Assembly (NCBI GenBank): GCA_038064855.1
Contig: JBBTSE010000007.1
Location: forward strand, 87,699 to 151,698
DNA from: Patescibacteria group bacterium
GTDB lineage: Bacteria; Patescibacteriota; Minisyncoccia; Ryanbacterales; GWA2-47-10b
Length of the DNA: 64,000 nt
Reading direction: 5' to 3'
Shown here: piece by piece, positions 19,068 to 28,679 of the stretch
Numbering within the stretch: the first letter of the stretch is position 1
How the letters are laid out: each line of letters opens with the position of its first letter
The notes under the pieces: model-generated
What the model was told of the DNA's origin: nothing
Seen by the model: only the letters and a program-made list of their open reading frames with translations
The model's database searches: none
Made by a program: the position numbers and the translations under genes

Positions 19068-20335
19068 TACAAGTATTGCGTCTCGTCATTTTTTGGATAT
19101 TGCGCGTTCAAGCTACGCTTGTTATTCGTCGCTTCAGGCCGATTGTTATTGGTGTCACGGGTAGTGTTGGCAAAACATCCGCTAAAGAAGCTATCGCGGC
19201 TGTCTTAGCAGAGCATTTCAGAACACGCAAAAGCCCCAAGAGTTACAACAGTGAGCTAGGGCTACCATTGACCATCTTGGGTTTAGAGAGCGCGTGGAAC
19301 TCTCCGTTGGGTTGGTTAAAAAATATTGTGAAAGGTGCGTTGCGCTTCATCTCGCGTAACGAATATCCGGAGCTTTTAGTGCTCGAGATGGGGGTTGATC
19401 GGCCGGGTGATTTTGACAAGATATTGCCATGGCTCAAACCTGATATAGGCGTGGTGACGATGATTGGCGACATGCCAGTACATGTCGAATTTTTTGATGG
19501 ACCTGACGCAGTTGCCGCAGAAAAAGCAAAGCTTTTAGGCGCGCTCGGAGAGCAGGGGACCGCTATCATCAATGCTGATGATCCACGCGTATTCGCTATG
19601 CGCAAGGCAACCAAGGGGAAGGTTATCACCTATGGATTTTCGCGCCATGCAGAAGTACGCGCGTCCGGCGTGCGCATGAGTCTCAAAAAAGGACGGCCCG
19701 ATGGTATGACATTTAAGATTGATTATCAGGGCAAGACGATGCCTATGAGGGTACCGGGAGTAGTCGGTGAGCAAAGTATTTATGCGTTTTTAGCGGCGGC
19801 CGCTGTCGGTCTCGCGCAAGGTCTTAATCTTATCGAGATTTCTGAAGCGCTTCTCAAATACGAGCATCCACCCGGCCGCCTGCGTCTACTTGACGGTCGA
19901 AAAGATTCATTGATTTTAGACGATACCTATAACTCTTCACCACTTGCTGCACTCGCCGCGCTTGAGGCGCTCTCAAAAATGCCAGCCCTGCGCCGCATCG
20001 CCACACTCGGCGACATGCTTGAACTTGGTAAATACACACCGGAGGCACATCGTATGATCGGTAAACGCGCAGCCGAGGTTGCTGATGTAGTTATCGGTGT
20101 TGGTGTACGCTCAAAATTTATGGACACGGGAGACGCGGCCGAATTTCATTGGTTTGCAAAATCGGGAGAAGCGGCTGATTTCCTGGGGCATTTTGTCAAA
20201 GAAGGGGACGCAATTTTAGTAAAAGGATCGCAGGGTGTTCGCATGGAGCGTGTCACTAAAGCACTCTTGCTTCATTCAGAAGATTCCCATCGGGTACTCG
20301 TACGCCAAGAAGACTATTGGCAAAAGCGCCCATAG
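19064..20335 (+). CDS. murF: Mur ligase (UDP-MurNAc-tripeptide--D-Ala-D-Ala ligase-like)
   Basis: GVTGSVGKTS P-loop, Mur ligase middle and C-terminal domains; shortened N-terminal domain; follows ftsI. Confidence 0.7.
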   Translation: MIQVLRLVIFWILRVQATLVIRRFRPIVIGVTGSVGKTSAKEAIAAVLAEHFRTRKSPKSYNSELGLPLTILGLESAWNSPLGWLKNIVKGALRFISRNEYPELLVLEMGVDRPGDFDKILPWLKPDIGVVTMIGDMPVHVEFFDGPDAVAAEKAKLLGALGEQGTAIINADDPRVFAMRKATKGKVITYGFSRHAEVRASGVRMSLKKGRPDGMTFKIDYQGKTMPMRVPGVVGEQSIYAFLAAAAVGLAQGLNLIEISEALLKYEHPPGRLRLLDGRKDSLILDDTYNSSPLAALAALEALSKMPALRRIATLGDMLELGKYTPEAHRMIGKRAAEVADVVIGVGVRSKFMDTGDAAEFHWFAKSGEAADFLGHFVKEGDAILVKGSQGVRMERVTKALLLHSEDSHRVLVRQEDYWQKRP

Positions 20336-20356
20336 GCTGGATTTTTAGTATTTTTT
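20283..20356. repeat. direct repeat copy 1 (murF 3' end plus 20 bp downstream)
   Basis: ~75 bp segment ...cgccaagaagactattggcaaaagcgcccataggctggatttttagtattttt repeated imperfectly at 20733-20808. Confidence 0.6.
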
Positions 20357-20365
20357 TCGAATTTT

Positions 20366-20734
20366 ATGATTACGTATCATTACAGTTTGTGGGAAGATAT
20401 CAAGATGGCGATACAGACGTTTGGGCGTTTTTTTTGGCTTAAAAAACATCGACTGATTTTTTTTATGCCCACTCTGAAACGGTTTCGCGAAATTCGGAGT
20501 TTTCAAAAAAATATTTTTATTGATATCAGCGACGATATCCAGTGTTACTGGGTATCTTCCGGGACTTGGGGATCTTATAAGGCGCCAAATAAAATTTATA
20601 TTTGTCCGTGGGAGATTGAGCAGGCTGGGGGCATAAACAGTGTTATTAATCATGAGATTAAACATCTGCAGCTCTTTGACAAGACAAAACATATGAGCTA
20701 TGAGGAGCGAGAAAAAATCATCGATGAGAGCTGA
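20366..20734 (+). CDS. small HExxH protein (ImmA/IrrE-like putative metallopeptidase)
   Basis: 122-aa ORF in AT-rich islet with NHEIKHLQL HExxH motif; flanked by direct repeats; weak call. Confidence 0.35.
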   Translation: MITYHYSLWEDIKMAIQTFGRFFWLKKHRLIFFMPTLKRFREIRSFQKNIFIDISDDIQCYWVSSGTWGSYKAPNKIYICPWEIEQAGGINSVINHEIKHLQLFDKTKHMSYEEREKIIDES

Positions 20735-20808
20735 AGACTCGCATCGCATGTTGGTGCGCCAAGAAGAGCATTGGCAAAAGCGTCCCTAAGGCTGGATTTT
20801 TGGTATTT
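20733..20808. repeat. direct repeat copy 2 (degenerate duplicate of murF 3' end)
   Basis: ...tgcgccaagaagagcattggcaaaagcgtccctaaggctggatttttggtattttt; roughly 85% identical to copy 1 over its 3' ~55 bp, lower over the 5' part; immediately upstream of tRNA-Glu. Confidence 0.6.
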
Positions 20809-20833
20809 TTGTGGTATAGTGGCAGGCAATTAC

Positions 20834-20905
20834 GGCCCTATCGTCTAACGGCTAGGACAAGCGGTTCTCATCCGCTAAATCGGAGTTCGATTCTCCGTGG
20901 GGCTG
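20834..20905 (+). tRNA. tRNA-Glu (anticodon CUC)
   Basis: Cloverleaf readable by eye: acceptor GGCCCUA/UGGGGCU, 3-bp D-stem GTC..GAC as in tRNA-Glu, anticodon stem AGCGG/CCGCT with loop TTCTCAT (CTC), T-arm CGGAG-TTCGATT-CTCCG; CCA not encoded. Confidence 0.85.
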
Positions 20906-20912
20906 CTGACAA

Positions 20913-21203
20913 ATGTACATTAAAATTTCAGTTCCACAAAACCACAATCGTATGGAGGTCGTGATGGTTGTTGATCGTGCGTCGTTTTTAGAGATAACCC
21001 AGCATCTCGAAGTTGCTTCAGTAGAGCTCTTGGACCTGACTAGAGCCTTTGCCAATTGGGTAGAGCAGGGCGCGTCAAGTACCGAGGTTCACGAATTCCT
21101 TGCAGCCACCAAGCACCTGATCGGCGCCAATGAGGCACTCGGTGCGATCCAAGAAACGCTCCGTGCGCTTCTCGAGGCGAACAGGGCCGAGGGGGTATTT
21201 TAG
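20913..21203 (+). CDS. hypothetical small helical protein
   Basis: 96-aa ORF with good coding appearance, followed by terminator; no recognisable motif. Confidence 0.4.
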   Translation: MYIKISVPQNHNRMEVVMVVDRASFLEITQHLEVASVELLDLTRAFANWVEQGASSTEVHEFLAATKHLIGANEALGAIQETLRALLEANRAEGVF

Positions 21204-21211
21204 CCGGATAG

Positions 21212-21247
21212 GCCGCAATCCCACAGGGTATGCGGCTTTTTTCTTTT
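21212..21247 (+). terminator. rho-independent terminator
   Basis: GCCGCA-atcccacagggta-TGCGGC hairpin followed by TTTTTTCTTTT. Confidence 0.6.
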
Positions 21248-21280
21248 AGTGAATACTTATTTTTTGGTACAATAAACCCA

Positions 21281-23875
21281 ATGAATGATCAGTGGCATGT
21301 TTTGAGCGCTGATGCGGCGTTGGCTCGTTTTTCGGTAGTACGCGCGCGTGGTTTGTCTGATGATCGTGCCGAAGAAATCCGCAAAGAATATGGAACAAAC
21401 GAGATCACGCGCAAGCGTCCTTGGCGGCTGTTAAATTTGATACTGGGGCAACTCGCGAGCCCGCTCGTTGCTATTTTGCTCATCGCCGCGGGCATTACTT
21501 TTTTTATGTTAGACGACGCGCCCGAGGCGTTGATCATTGTCATCGCGGTGGTGATCAATACAGCCATCGGCGTCATTCAAGAAGGTCGGGCATCGCGTGC
21601 ATTTGAAGCGTTACGCAAAACCATTGAGCGCAAAGCGCATGTATTGCGCTCAGGTGTGTTGCGCGAGATGGAGGCGCGCGCTTTGGTACCGGGTGATATC
21701 ATTGAGATTGACGCGGGCATGAGTATCGAGGCGGATGGCCGTCTCATTGAGGTTCAGCGTCTCAAGGTTAATGAGTCGGCTCTCACCGGTGAGTGGATAG
21801 GTCAAGAAAAAAGCATCCATGAACTGCCCGCGCATACGCCGGTTGCTGATCGTGACAATATGATTTTTGCAGGAACCCTCTGCGAGGCGGGTCGCGCACG
21901 AGCGGTGGTGACAGCAACCGGTATGCATACCGAGCTTGGTAAGATCGCGCAACTTGTCTCCGATACGCGCGAACCACTCACGCCATTTCAAGAAAACATC
22001 AGAGATCTTGCGCGCGTGATTGGCGCTGGCGCGTTTGCGTTTTCGTGCGTTATTTTCGCGCTTGGTGTTACGCGCGGAGAGAGTGTCGAGACAATGTTCT
22101 TGACCGCGGTAGCACTCGCCGTATCTGCGGTACCCGAGGGGCTTCCGATTGCGGTCACCGTCATCTTGGCATTGGGTGCGGAGCGTATTTTAAAAAAAGG
22201 AGGACTCCTCAAGCGCCTAAAAAGCGCGGAGACATTGGGGCTTACGACAGTTATTTTGACAGATAAAACAGGTACCCTTACTGAGGGTAAGATGGAAGTA
22301 TCACAAATCATGCCACGCAAAGAAGGTCCGCGTGCCAAAGATGATTTACTATTGGCAGGCGTACTCACCTCAACTGCATTTATTGAAAATCCTGAAGCAC
22401 AGCTCGCCGAGTGGCATATACGAGGTGAGGCGACTGATGCAGCGCTGCTCAAAGCGGGTATAAGCTCTGGTATCAATAAAGATGAGTTTGAGCGAACGCA
22501 TATCAAAATCGAGACAATGCCGTTTGATACCGAGCTTCGTTTTTCAGCGGCAATATATCAAAAAGGCGGAGAATATTTTGTATTTGTCAGCGGCGCGCCC
22601 GAGGCAATTCTTGCGCGTTCACATCTACCTGCCGATGAGCGTAGAGAGCTTGAAGCTCTCTATAGCAAGGCAGCGGAGACTGGCGCGCGTCTTATCGCGT
22701 GCGCGCGCAAACATCTACACAGTCATACTCCTCCGACGGTTGAGCATTTTACTGGCATGGAGTTTTTGGGATTTTTAGGTCTTCATGATCCACTTCGCGC
22801 GGATGCCAAGGTCTCTTTGCATCTCGCCCAGGTCGCGGGAGTGCGTCCGGTAATCGTGACGGGTGACCATCAGCTGACGGCCCAGCGTGTAGCACGCGAG
22901 CTTGAGTTTGGCGGTAACCCTGAACATATATCAACAGGACAATTAATGGAGGATGGTAAGGTCGATATCACACATATCGATGTATTTGCGCGCGTCTTAC
23001 CGCATCAAAAATCTTTGATAGTAGAAGCGTGGCAAAAGCGCGGCGCGGTAGTCGCTATGACGGGCGATGGCGTCAATGACGCGCCGGCATTGCGTAGGGC
23101 CGATATTGGCATTGCGCTCGGGTCTGGGACTGATGTCGCTAAAGAAGCGGCTGATTTGGTGTTGATCAATGATAGTTTTTCGACGATCGTCGGTGCTATC
23201 GAAGAAGGCCGTGCCGTTATCGATAATATCCGCAAAGTGATGACCTTTTTGCTCGCGACTGCGTTTACCGAGATTATTCTGGTTGGAGGCGCATTTGTAT
23301 TGGGGCTACCCTTACCACTTTTGCCCGCGCAGATTTTATGGATGAATCTGGTAGGTGAAGGTTTTTTCAATTTTGCGTTTGCGTTTGAAAAACGCGAGAA
23401 AGATGTGCTTACGCGTCGGCCCCAAGAGCATGGTGCGTTTTTCACTTCTGAGATGAAAGCGATGGTGTTTATCGTAGGTATTTCAGCAGATCTTTTGCTG
23501 CTCTCGGTGTTTGTAAAATTACTCGGTGCGGGCATCCCGCTCGATACCGTACGCACGGTCATGTTTTACGGTCTTGCGATCAACGCGTTTTTCTTTGTAT
23601 TTTCTATTCGTAGTCTTCGCAGACCTATCTGGAAGATCAATTTCTTTTCAAATCCTTATTTGTTACTTGCTTTTAGCGCAAGTATGCTCATGTTGCTCCC
23701 AACACTATTTGTAGAACCCTTACAAAAACTCTTGCATCTTCAACCACTTGAGCCAATGTATTTTGCAGCGCTTCTTTTGCTCGGGCTCGTTGATCTCTGT
23801 ATTATTGAGGCGGTGAAATATATATTTATCATCCGACGCTTGCGCGGGGGTATAGAGGTTGTGCTACAGTCGTAA
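21281..23875 (+). CDS. P-type cation-transporting ATPase (Ca2+/Mg2+ type, P2-like)
   Basis: DKTGTLT phosphorylation motif, TGES-like actuator region, MTGDGVNDAPAL hinge motif, 10 predicted TM helices; start at Met MNDQWHV. Confidence 0.9.
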   Translation: MNDQWHVLSADAALARFSVVRARGLSDDRAEEIRKEYGTNEITRKRPWRLLNLILGQLASPLVAILLIAAGITFFMLDDAPEALIIVIAVVINTAIGVIQEGRASRAFEALRKTIERKAHVLRSGVLREMEARALVPGDIIEIDAGMSIEADGRLIEVQRLKVNESALTGEWIGQEKSIHELPAHTPVADRDNMIFAGTLCEAGRARAVVTATGMHTELGKIAQLVSDTREPLTPFQENIRDLARVIGAGAFAFSCVIFALGVTRGESVETMFLTAVALAVSAVPEGLPIAVTVILALGAERILKKGGLLKRLKSAETLGLTTVILTDKTGTLTEGKMEVSQIMPRKEGPRAKDDLLLAGVLTSTAFIENPEAQLAEWHIRGEATDAALLKAGISSGINKDEFERTHIKIETMPFDTELRFSAAIYQKGGEYFVFVSGAPEAILARSHLPADERRELEALYSKAAETGARLIACARKHLHSHTPPTVEHFTGMEFLGFLGLHDPLRADAKVSLHLAQVAGVRPVIVTGDHQLTAQRVARELEFGGNPEHISTGQLMEDGKVDITHIDVFARVLPHQKSLIVEAWQKRGAVVAMTGDGVNDAPALRRADIGIALGSGTDVAKEAADLVLINDSFSTIVGAIEEGRAVIDNIRKVMTFLLATAFTEIILVGGAFVLGLPLPLLPAQILWMNLVGEGFFNFAFAFEKREKDVLTRRPQEHGAFFTSEMKAMVFIVGISADLLLLSVFVKLLGAGIPLDTVRTVMFYGLAINAFFFVFSIRSLRRPIWKINFFSNPYLLLAFSASMLMLLPTLFVEPLQKLLHLQPLEPMYFAALLLLGLVDLCIIEAVKYIFIIRRLRGGIEVVLQS

Positions 23876-23876
23876 C

Positions 23877-24926
23877 ATGCAGATTGAACTTATCGGAATT
23901 TTTCTTGCGGGCGCGGTTCTTGCGTTTGCTGTAGCGTGGGTGATATTGCGAGGGCGCAAATCGGGGCCTGCCGGCGAGAGCATGCTGATGCTTCAGAGTC
24001 AGATTAGCGACATTGAGCGCAAGCTCGACGCGCGGCTTGGCGAGTCAACGCGGCTCATTCAGTCACAAGGGGAGTCATCATTTAAAATTATTCGCGATGT
24101 CACCGAAAAGCTTACCAAGCTTGATGAGACAAACCGTCAGGTGGTGAACTTTGCCGATCAGCTTCAGTCACTTCAAGATATTCTCAAAAACCCCAAACAG
24201 CGCGGCGTGCTGGGCGAATATTATCTGGAGACCGTACTTAAAAATATTTTGCCGCCGTCTGCCTATCAAATGCAGTATAAGCTCGGTAAGAGCGACGAAG
24301 GGCGTGATTTGATTGTTGACGCTGTTATCTTGGTAGGCGAAAAGGTAATACCTATCGATTCAAAGTTTTCGCTTGAAAATTATAACCGCGTAGTAGAAGC
24401 AAAAGGTACTGAAGAGCGCGAGCGCTTTGAGAAGGCTTTCAAGCAAGACTTAAAGATGCGTATCGATGAGACTTCCAAGTATGTCCGTCCACAAGACAGC
24501 ACGATGGATTTTGCGCTTATGTTTATCCCATCAGAAGCAATCTATTATGATCTGACGATCAATCAGGTAGGTACTATCAAGGTAAACACGCAAGATCTGA
24601 TCCAATACGCTCTGACAAAGCGCGTGCATATCGTCTCGCCAAACTCGTTTTATGCGTTTTTGCAGACTATCTTGCAAGGGCTCAATCAGATGAAAATCGA
24701 GAAATCTGTAGGCGAAGTCATCAAGCGCGTGGGTGATCTCGGCCGACATGTAGCCGCCTACGAGCAGTATTATATCAAGCTCGGCACTTCCCTTGACTCA
24801 ACTATCAATCATTACAATACCGGTTATAAAGAGCTTAAAAAGATAGACAAAGATGTCACCCGCATAGCGGGCGAGGGCATCGGAATTGACCCTCAACTTC
24901 TTGACACAACAGACAGAAACGGGTAG
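23877..24926 (+). CDS. rmuC: DNA recombination protein RmuC
   Basis: N-terminal TM helix, long coiled-coil, C-terminal RmuC nuclease-like domain; start at internal Met MQIELIG. Confidence 0.8.
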   Translation: MQIELIGIFLAGAVLAFAVAWVILRGRKSGPAGESMLMLQSQISDIERKLDARLGESTRLIQSQGESSFKIIRDVTEKLTKLDETNRQVVNFADQLQSLQDILKNPKQRGVLGEYYLETVLKNILPPSAYQMQYKLGKSDEGRDLIVDAVILVGEKVIPIDSKFSLENYNRVVEAKGTEERERFEKAFKQDLKMRIDETSKYVRPQDSTMDFALMFIPSEAIYYDLTINQVGTIKVNTQDLIQYALTKRVHIVSPNSFYAFLQTILQGLNQMKIEKSVGEVIKRVGDLGRHVAAYEQYYIKLGTSLDSTINHYNTGYKELKKIDKDVTRIAGEGIGIDPQLLDTTDRNG

Positions 24927-24938
24927 TATAGAGCAATT

Positions 24939-25250
24939 ATGATCGCAGTTATTGAAACAGGCGGCAAGCAATATCTTGTTGGTGCCGGCCAGAAATTCAA
25001 GATTGAAAAGCTCCCTGAGTCAGAAGGGGATACGATTGTGTTTGATAAAGTTTTGCTCGTGATCGATGGTGAGACAGTATCTATCGGCAAGCCGTATTTG
25101 AAAGGCGTGAGTGTCGAGGCGGATATCATGCGCCAAGGCCGCCTCCGCAAGATCAAGATTCTCCGTTACCACTCAAAGACTCGCCGCCGTAGACGCAAGG
25201 GTCATCGCCAACACTTCACCGAAGTAGCTATCAAGACCATTAAAAAATAG
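24939..25250 (+). CDS. rplU: 50S ribosomal protein L21
   Basis: MIAVIETGGKQYLVGAGQKFKIEKL... matches L21; 103 aa. Confidence 0.9.
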   Translation: MIAVIETGGKQYLVGAGQKFKIEKLPESEGDTIVFDKVLLVIDGETVSIGKPYLKGVSVEADIMRQGRLRKIKILRYHSKTRRRRRKGHRQHFTEVAIKTIKK

Positions 25251-25275
25251 CCCTCTCGAGGGCTATTTTTTTTTA
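25249..25275. terminator. bidirectional rho-independent terminator (rplU / recR convergent)
   Basis: AGCCCTC-tc-GAGGGCT palindrome flanked by A-run upstream and T9 downstream. Confidence 0.65.
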
Positions 25276-25890
25276 CTTTCTATTTTTTAGCGCGTTTTTG
25301 AGAGTTTGTGGATCGGCAAATTCCATCTCGGTGCCGGTAGAGATTCCTCGTCCGAGGCGAGTGAGTGTGATTGATTTATTTTTTATATAGGGTTCGAGTA
25401 CACGCTCAATGTAGAGGCCAGTTGCGTCGCCTTCAGTAGTTAGTGATGTCGCGAGTACTATTTCGAGTGGCGCTTCGCGTCCTTTGGCACGAACGCTCAC
25501 GCGGTCATACAGTGCACGGATGCGTTCGGTTACTCGCGTTTTTTCATTGAGCAGTGATATGGTGCCGCCGAGCACATGGTAGCCGCCGTCCCACAATCCG
25601 CTTTTTGATACCGTTTCAAAGTCTTGATCTTTCTCGACTATCAGGAGTGCGTTAAACGCACCAAGTTTACAGGTCGAGCACTTTGTGCCATCAGCGGTCT
25701 CAACACTACGAAAACATTCCTCACATCTCGAGACCTGCAAGGCGAGCGCTTCGAGTGCGCGTGCGAAACCCTTGAGCGTTGAGCCATCTTCGTCGAGAAG
25801 TGTATAGGCAAAGCGAGACGCTTGGCGCGGCCCAATACCGGGAAGGCGCGTGAAGAAGTCTATCAGACGCTTGATGGGTTCGGGGTGCAT
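25273..25890 (-). CDS. recR: recombination protein RecR
   Basis: HhH N-term (LIDFFTRLPGIGPRQASRFAYTLL), C4 zinc finger CEECFRSVETADGTKCSTC, Toprim domain. Confidence 0.9.
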   Translation of the reverse strand: MHPEPIKRLIDFFTRLPGIGPRQASRFAYTLLDEDGSTLKGFARALEALALQVSRCEECFRSVETADGTKCSTCKLGAFNALLIVEKDQDFETVSKSGLWDGGYHVLGGTISLLNEKTRVTERIRALYDRVSVRAKGREAPLEIVLATSLTTEGDATGLYIERVLEPYIKNKSITLTRLGRGISTGTEMEFADPQTLKNALKNRK

Positions 25891-27228
25891 CTAAGTGAAT
25901 GATTCATCGAGCGATGAGAAGCTCGCTTTCTCTGGGTTGAAGTAAAGCTCTACTTTACCAGTGGGACCATTACGATGTTTCTCTACTAAAATTTCGGCGA
26001 TATTGGGGCGTGCCGAATCTTTCTTGACTCGGTCTTCACGATAGATAAACATAACCACATCAGCGTCTTGCTCGATGGATCCTGATTCGCGAAGGTCTGA
26101 GAGCTTGGGTATTGGTGGGTGACGCTGTTCTACCGCGCGCGAGAGCTGCGAGAGAGCAAGTACTGGCACATTGAGTTCGCGCGCGAGTTGTTTGAGTGAG
26201 CGCGAAATTTCGGTGATTTGTTGCACCATATTGTCGGTATGTTGGCGTGGCTGCATGAGCTGAAGATAGTCAATGATGATAAGGCCCAAATTTGATTCAG
26301 ATTGCAGGCGCCGCGCCATCGCACGCATCTGCAACACATTTGAGGTGGCGGCGTCATCGATATAGATGGGGGCTTCAGCAAGGCGCGCGAGCGCATCATT
26401 GATACGCACAAAATCATTTGAATGTTCAGAGAGTCGCCCCGTACGCAGTTTCCAAAGATCTACATGAGCTTCAGCCGCTATAAAGCGGTCGATGAGCTGT
26501 TGATTCGACATTTCCAAACTAAAAATACCAACGGGGATTTTGTGTTGTACTGCCGCATTGCGCGCGATATCGAGAGCAAGCGATGTCTTACCGAGCGAAG
26601 GCCGTGCCGCCAAAATGACAAGATCAGAGTTTTGAAGACCCGAGAGAAGGTTATCAAGTTTATCAAAGCCGGTTGGTACACCACGCACGGCACCATCTCC
26701 CTTGTGCAGATTATCGATGCGCTCCCACGCTTCTTGCAGTGCGTCGCGCACGGGGAAAAACTTTTGGCGCAGTGAGCGCTGAGAGATACCAAAGATATGG
26801 CTTTCTGCCTGGTCGAGTAGTATATCTACATCTTGGTCTTCTCGGTACCCCATCTCGCCAATGGCGTATGATGCCGAGATGAGATCGCGAAGTACTCGTT
26901 TACGGTTTACAATTGATGCATAGTGGCCAGCACTCGCAGGGCTTGCGACCGCATTGATGAGGCCTGCTAGATAACTTGGGTTGCCTGCACGCTCCAGTTG
27001 GCCCTTTTCTTCCAGGTAGGTTTGTACTGACAAAACATCGAGCGGTGCGTTGCGTTCAAATAGATCCAGCATCGCGCGGAAAATGATAGCGTGTTCCGTT
27101 ACATAAAAATCATCAGCCGTTACCACATCAACCACGCGAATCATGGCGTTGCGATCAATCATAACCGAACCAAGTACTGCCATCTCGGCATCACGGTTAT
27201 GAGGAGGTATTTTGAGCGGATCGGTCAT
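25891..27228 (-). CDS. dnaB: replicative DNA helicase DnaB
   Basis: N-terminal DnaB domain (PPHNRDAEMAVLGSVMID) and RecA-like Walker A ARPSLGKTSLALD; 445 aa. Confidence 0.9.
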   Translation of the reverse strand: MTDPLKIPPHNRDAEMAVLGSVMIDRNAMIRVVDVVTADDFYVTEHAIIFRAMLDLFERNAPLDVLSVQTYLEEKGQLERAGNPSYLAGLINAVASPASAGHYASIVNRKRVLRDLISASYAIGEMGYREDQDVDILLDQAESHIFGISQRSLRQKFFPVRDALQEAWERIDNLHKGDGAVRGVPTGFDKLDNLLSGLQNSDLVILAARPSLGKTSLALDIARNAAVQHKIPVGIFSLEMSNQQLIDRFIAAEAHVDLWKLRTGRLSEHSNDFVRINDALARLAEAPIYIDDAATSNVLQMRAMARRLQSESNLGLIIIDYLQLMQPRQHTDNMVQQITEISRSLKQLARELNVPVLALSQLSRAVEQRHPPIPKLSDLRESGSIEQDADVVMFIYREDRVKKDSARPNIAEILVEKHRNGPTGKVELYFNPEKASFSSLDESFT

Positions 27229-27296
27229 ATCAATAATTTACTCGTCTTTGCCGTTGCGAGCAATTGCCAAAAAGGCGATTTGTGTTGTCAGACGAC

Positions 27297-28679
27297 TTAT
27301 ATCTTGTGGACTACGGGCCCACGCGGCGTATCTTCTACGCGCCAACCCTGGGCGGCTAGTTTTTCGCGCAGTTCATCAGATTTTTGCCAGTCTTTTGTTT
27401 GTCGATATATCTCTCGCTGGTCAGCGAGCGCCCGAATATGTGTGGGAACAGGAGAGGCAATCGCATCATAAGCAAGATTGAGTCCAAAAAGTTTATCAGC
27501 CCACAATACCGCGGGGCGAGACGCGCTCTCGTGGATACCCTGCCAAAGGCGCGCGAGCGCCCGAGGAGAGGCGAGATCATCAGCAAATGCGGCAAGAATA
27601 TCTTTTTTCATAGCATCGTCAGAGCGAGCTTTTCTCTTTGGGAGGTTTCCCAAAGATGCTACGAGTTTAAGTCGTGCAGCACGAGCGCCCCCAAGCGCCT
27701 CCCAGCTAAACGAAACGGGTTTACGGTAATGGGTACCGAGGGTAAAGTATCGAAAATCGAGCGGATCAAATCCGTGTTCGCGAAGCGTGGCTATAGTGAT
27801 ATTGCTTTCGGGTGATGATTTGGCCATCTTCTGACCCTTGACGGTTAGAAACGCACTATGCATCCAAAAGCGCGAAAAGAGTTTGCCAGTAGCCGCCTCC
27901 GATTGCGCAATTTCATTGGGGTGATGAATCTCGCGATGATCTGCCCCTCCGCAGTGAATATCAATCGTTTTACCGAGATATTTCATGCTCATTGCCGAAC
28001 ACTCGATATGCCAGCCGGGGAATCCCACTCCCCATGGCGAGGGCCATTCCATTTGCCGTTTTTCGCCGCTTTCTGCAAATTTCCAAAGCGCAAAATCAGT
28101 AGCATTTTGTTTCTCACCTATGGCTACGCGTGATCCGGCTTGTATAGTATTTTGGTCGCGTCCTGCAAGTTCACCATAATTTGGTAGTTTTGAGGTGTCA
28201 AAATAAAGACCATCAGTAGTACGATAGGTAAATCCTTTTTTTTCAAGTGTCTTGATGAGCGCTATTTGCTCGACGATATGTTCGGTCGCGCGTACCAATT
28301 TGACCGGATGCAAGATATTGAGCGACGCGATATCTTCGAGAAATTCTTTCTCAAAATATTTTGCAATATCCCAAGCAGTCTTGCCCGTACGGCGAGCCTC
28401 GCGTTCTACTTTGTCTTCACCTTCGTCAGCATCAGATGCCAAGTGCCCTACATCGGTGATGTTCATGACATGTTTGACGCGCCAACCTGATGCGACAAGG
28501 GTACGGCGCAACATATCTTCAAAAAGAAAGGTACGATAATTGCCGATGTGTTGCGAGCGATATACCGTAGGCCCGCAGGTATACAGACGCACGGTAGCAC
28601 CTACAGCTGGCGCAAAAGGCCGTTCGGCACGCGCGAGCGAATCATAGAGCGTTACAGCCAGTCTTTCTGTCTTAACCAT
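27297..28679 (-). CDS. cysS: cysteinyl-tRNA synthetase
   Basis: Class I HIGH motif (SQHIGNYRT), KMSKS variant KMAKSS, CGPTVY; start placed at internal Met MVKTERLAVTLYDS by comparison with typical CysS N-termini. Confidence 0.9.
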   Translation of the reverse strand: MVKTERLAVTLYDSLARAERPFAPAVGATVRLYTCGPTVYRSQHIGNYRTFLFEDMLRRTLVASGWRVKHVMNITDVGHLASDADEGEDKVEREARRTGKTAWDIAKYFEKEFLEDIASLNILHPVKLVRATEHIVEQIALIKTLEKKGFTYRTTDGLYFDTSKLPNYGELAGRDQNTIQAGSRVAIGEKQNATDFALWKFAESGEKRQMEWPSPWGVGFPGWHIECSAMSMKYLGKTIDIHCGGADHREIHHPNEIAQSEAATGKLFSRFWMHSAFLTVKGQKMAKSSPESNITIATLREHGFDPLDFRYFTLGTHYRKPVSFSWEALGGARAARLKLVASLGNLPKRKARSDDAMKKDILAAFADDLASPRALARLWQGIHESASRPAVLWADKLFGLNLAYDAIASPVPTHIRALADQREIYRQTKDWQKSDELREKLAAQGWRVEDTPRGPVVHKI

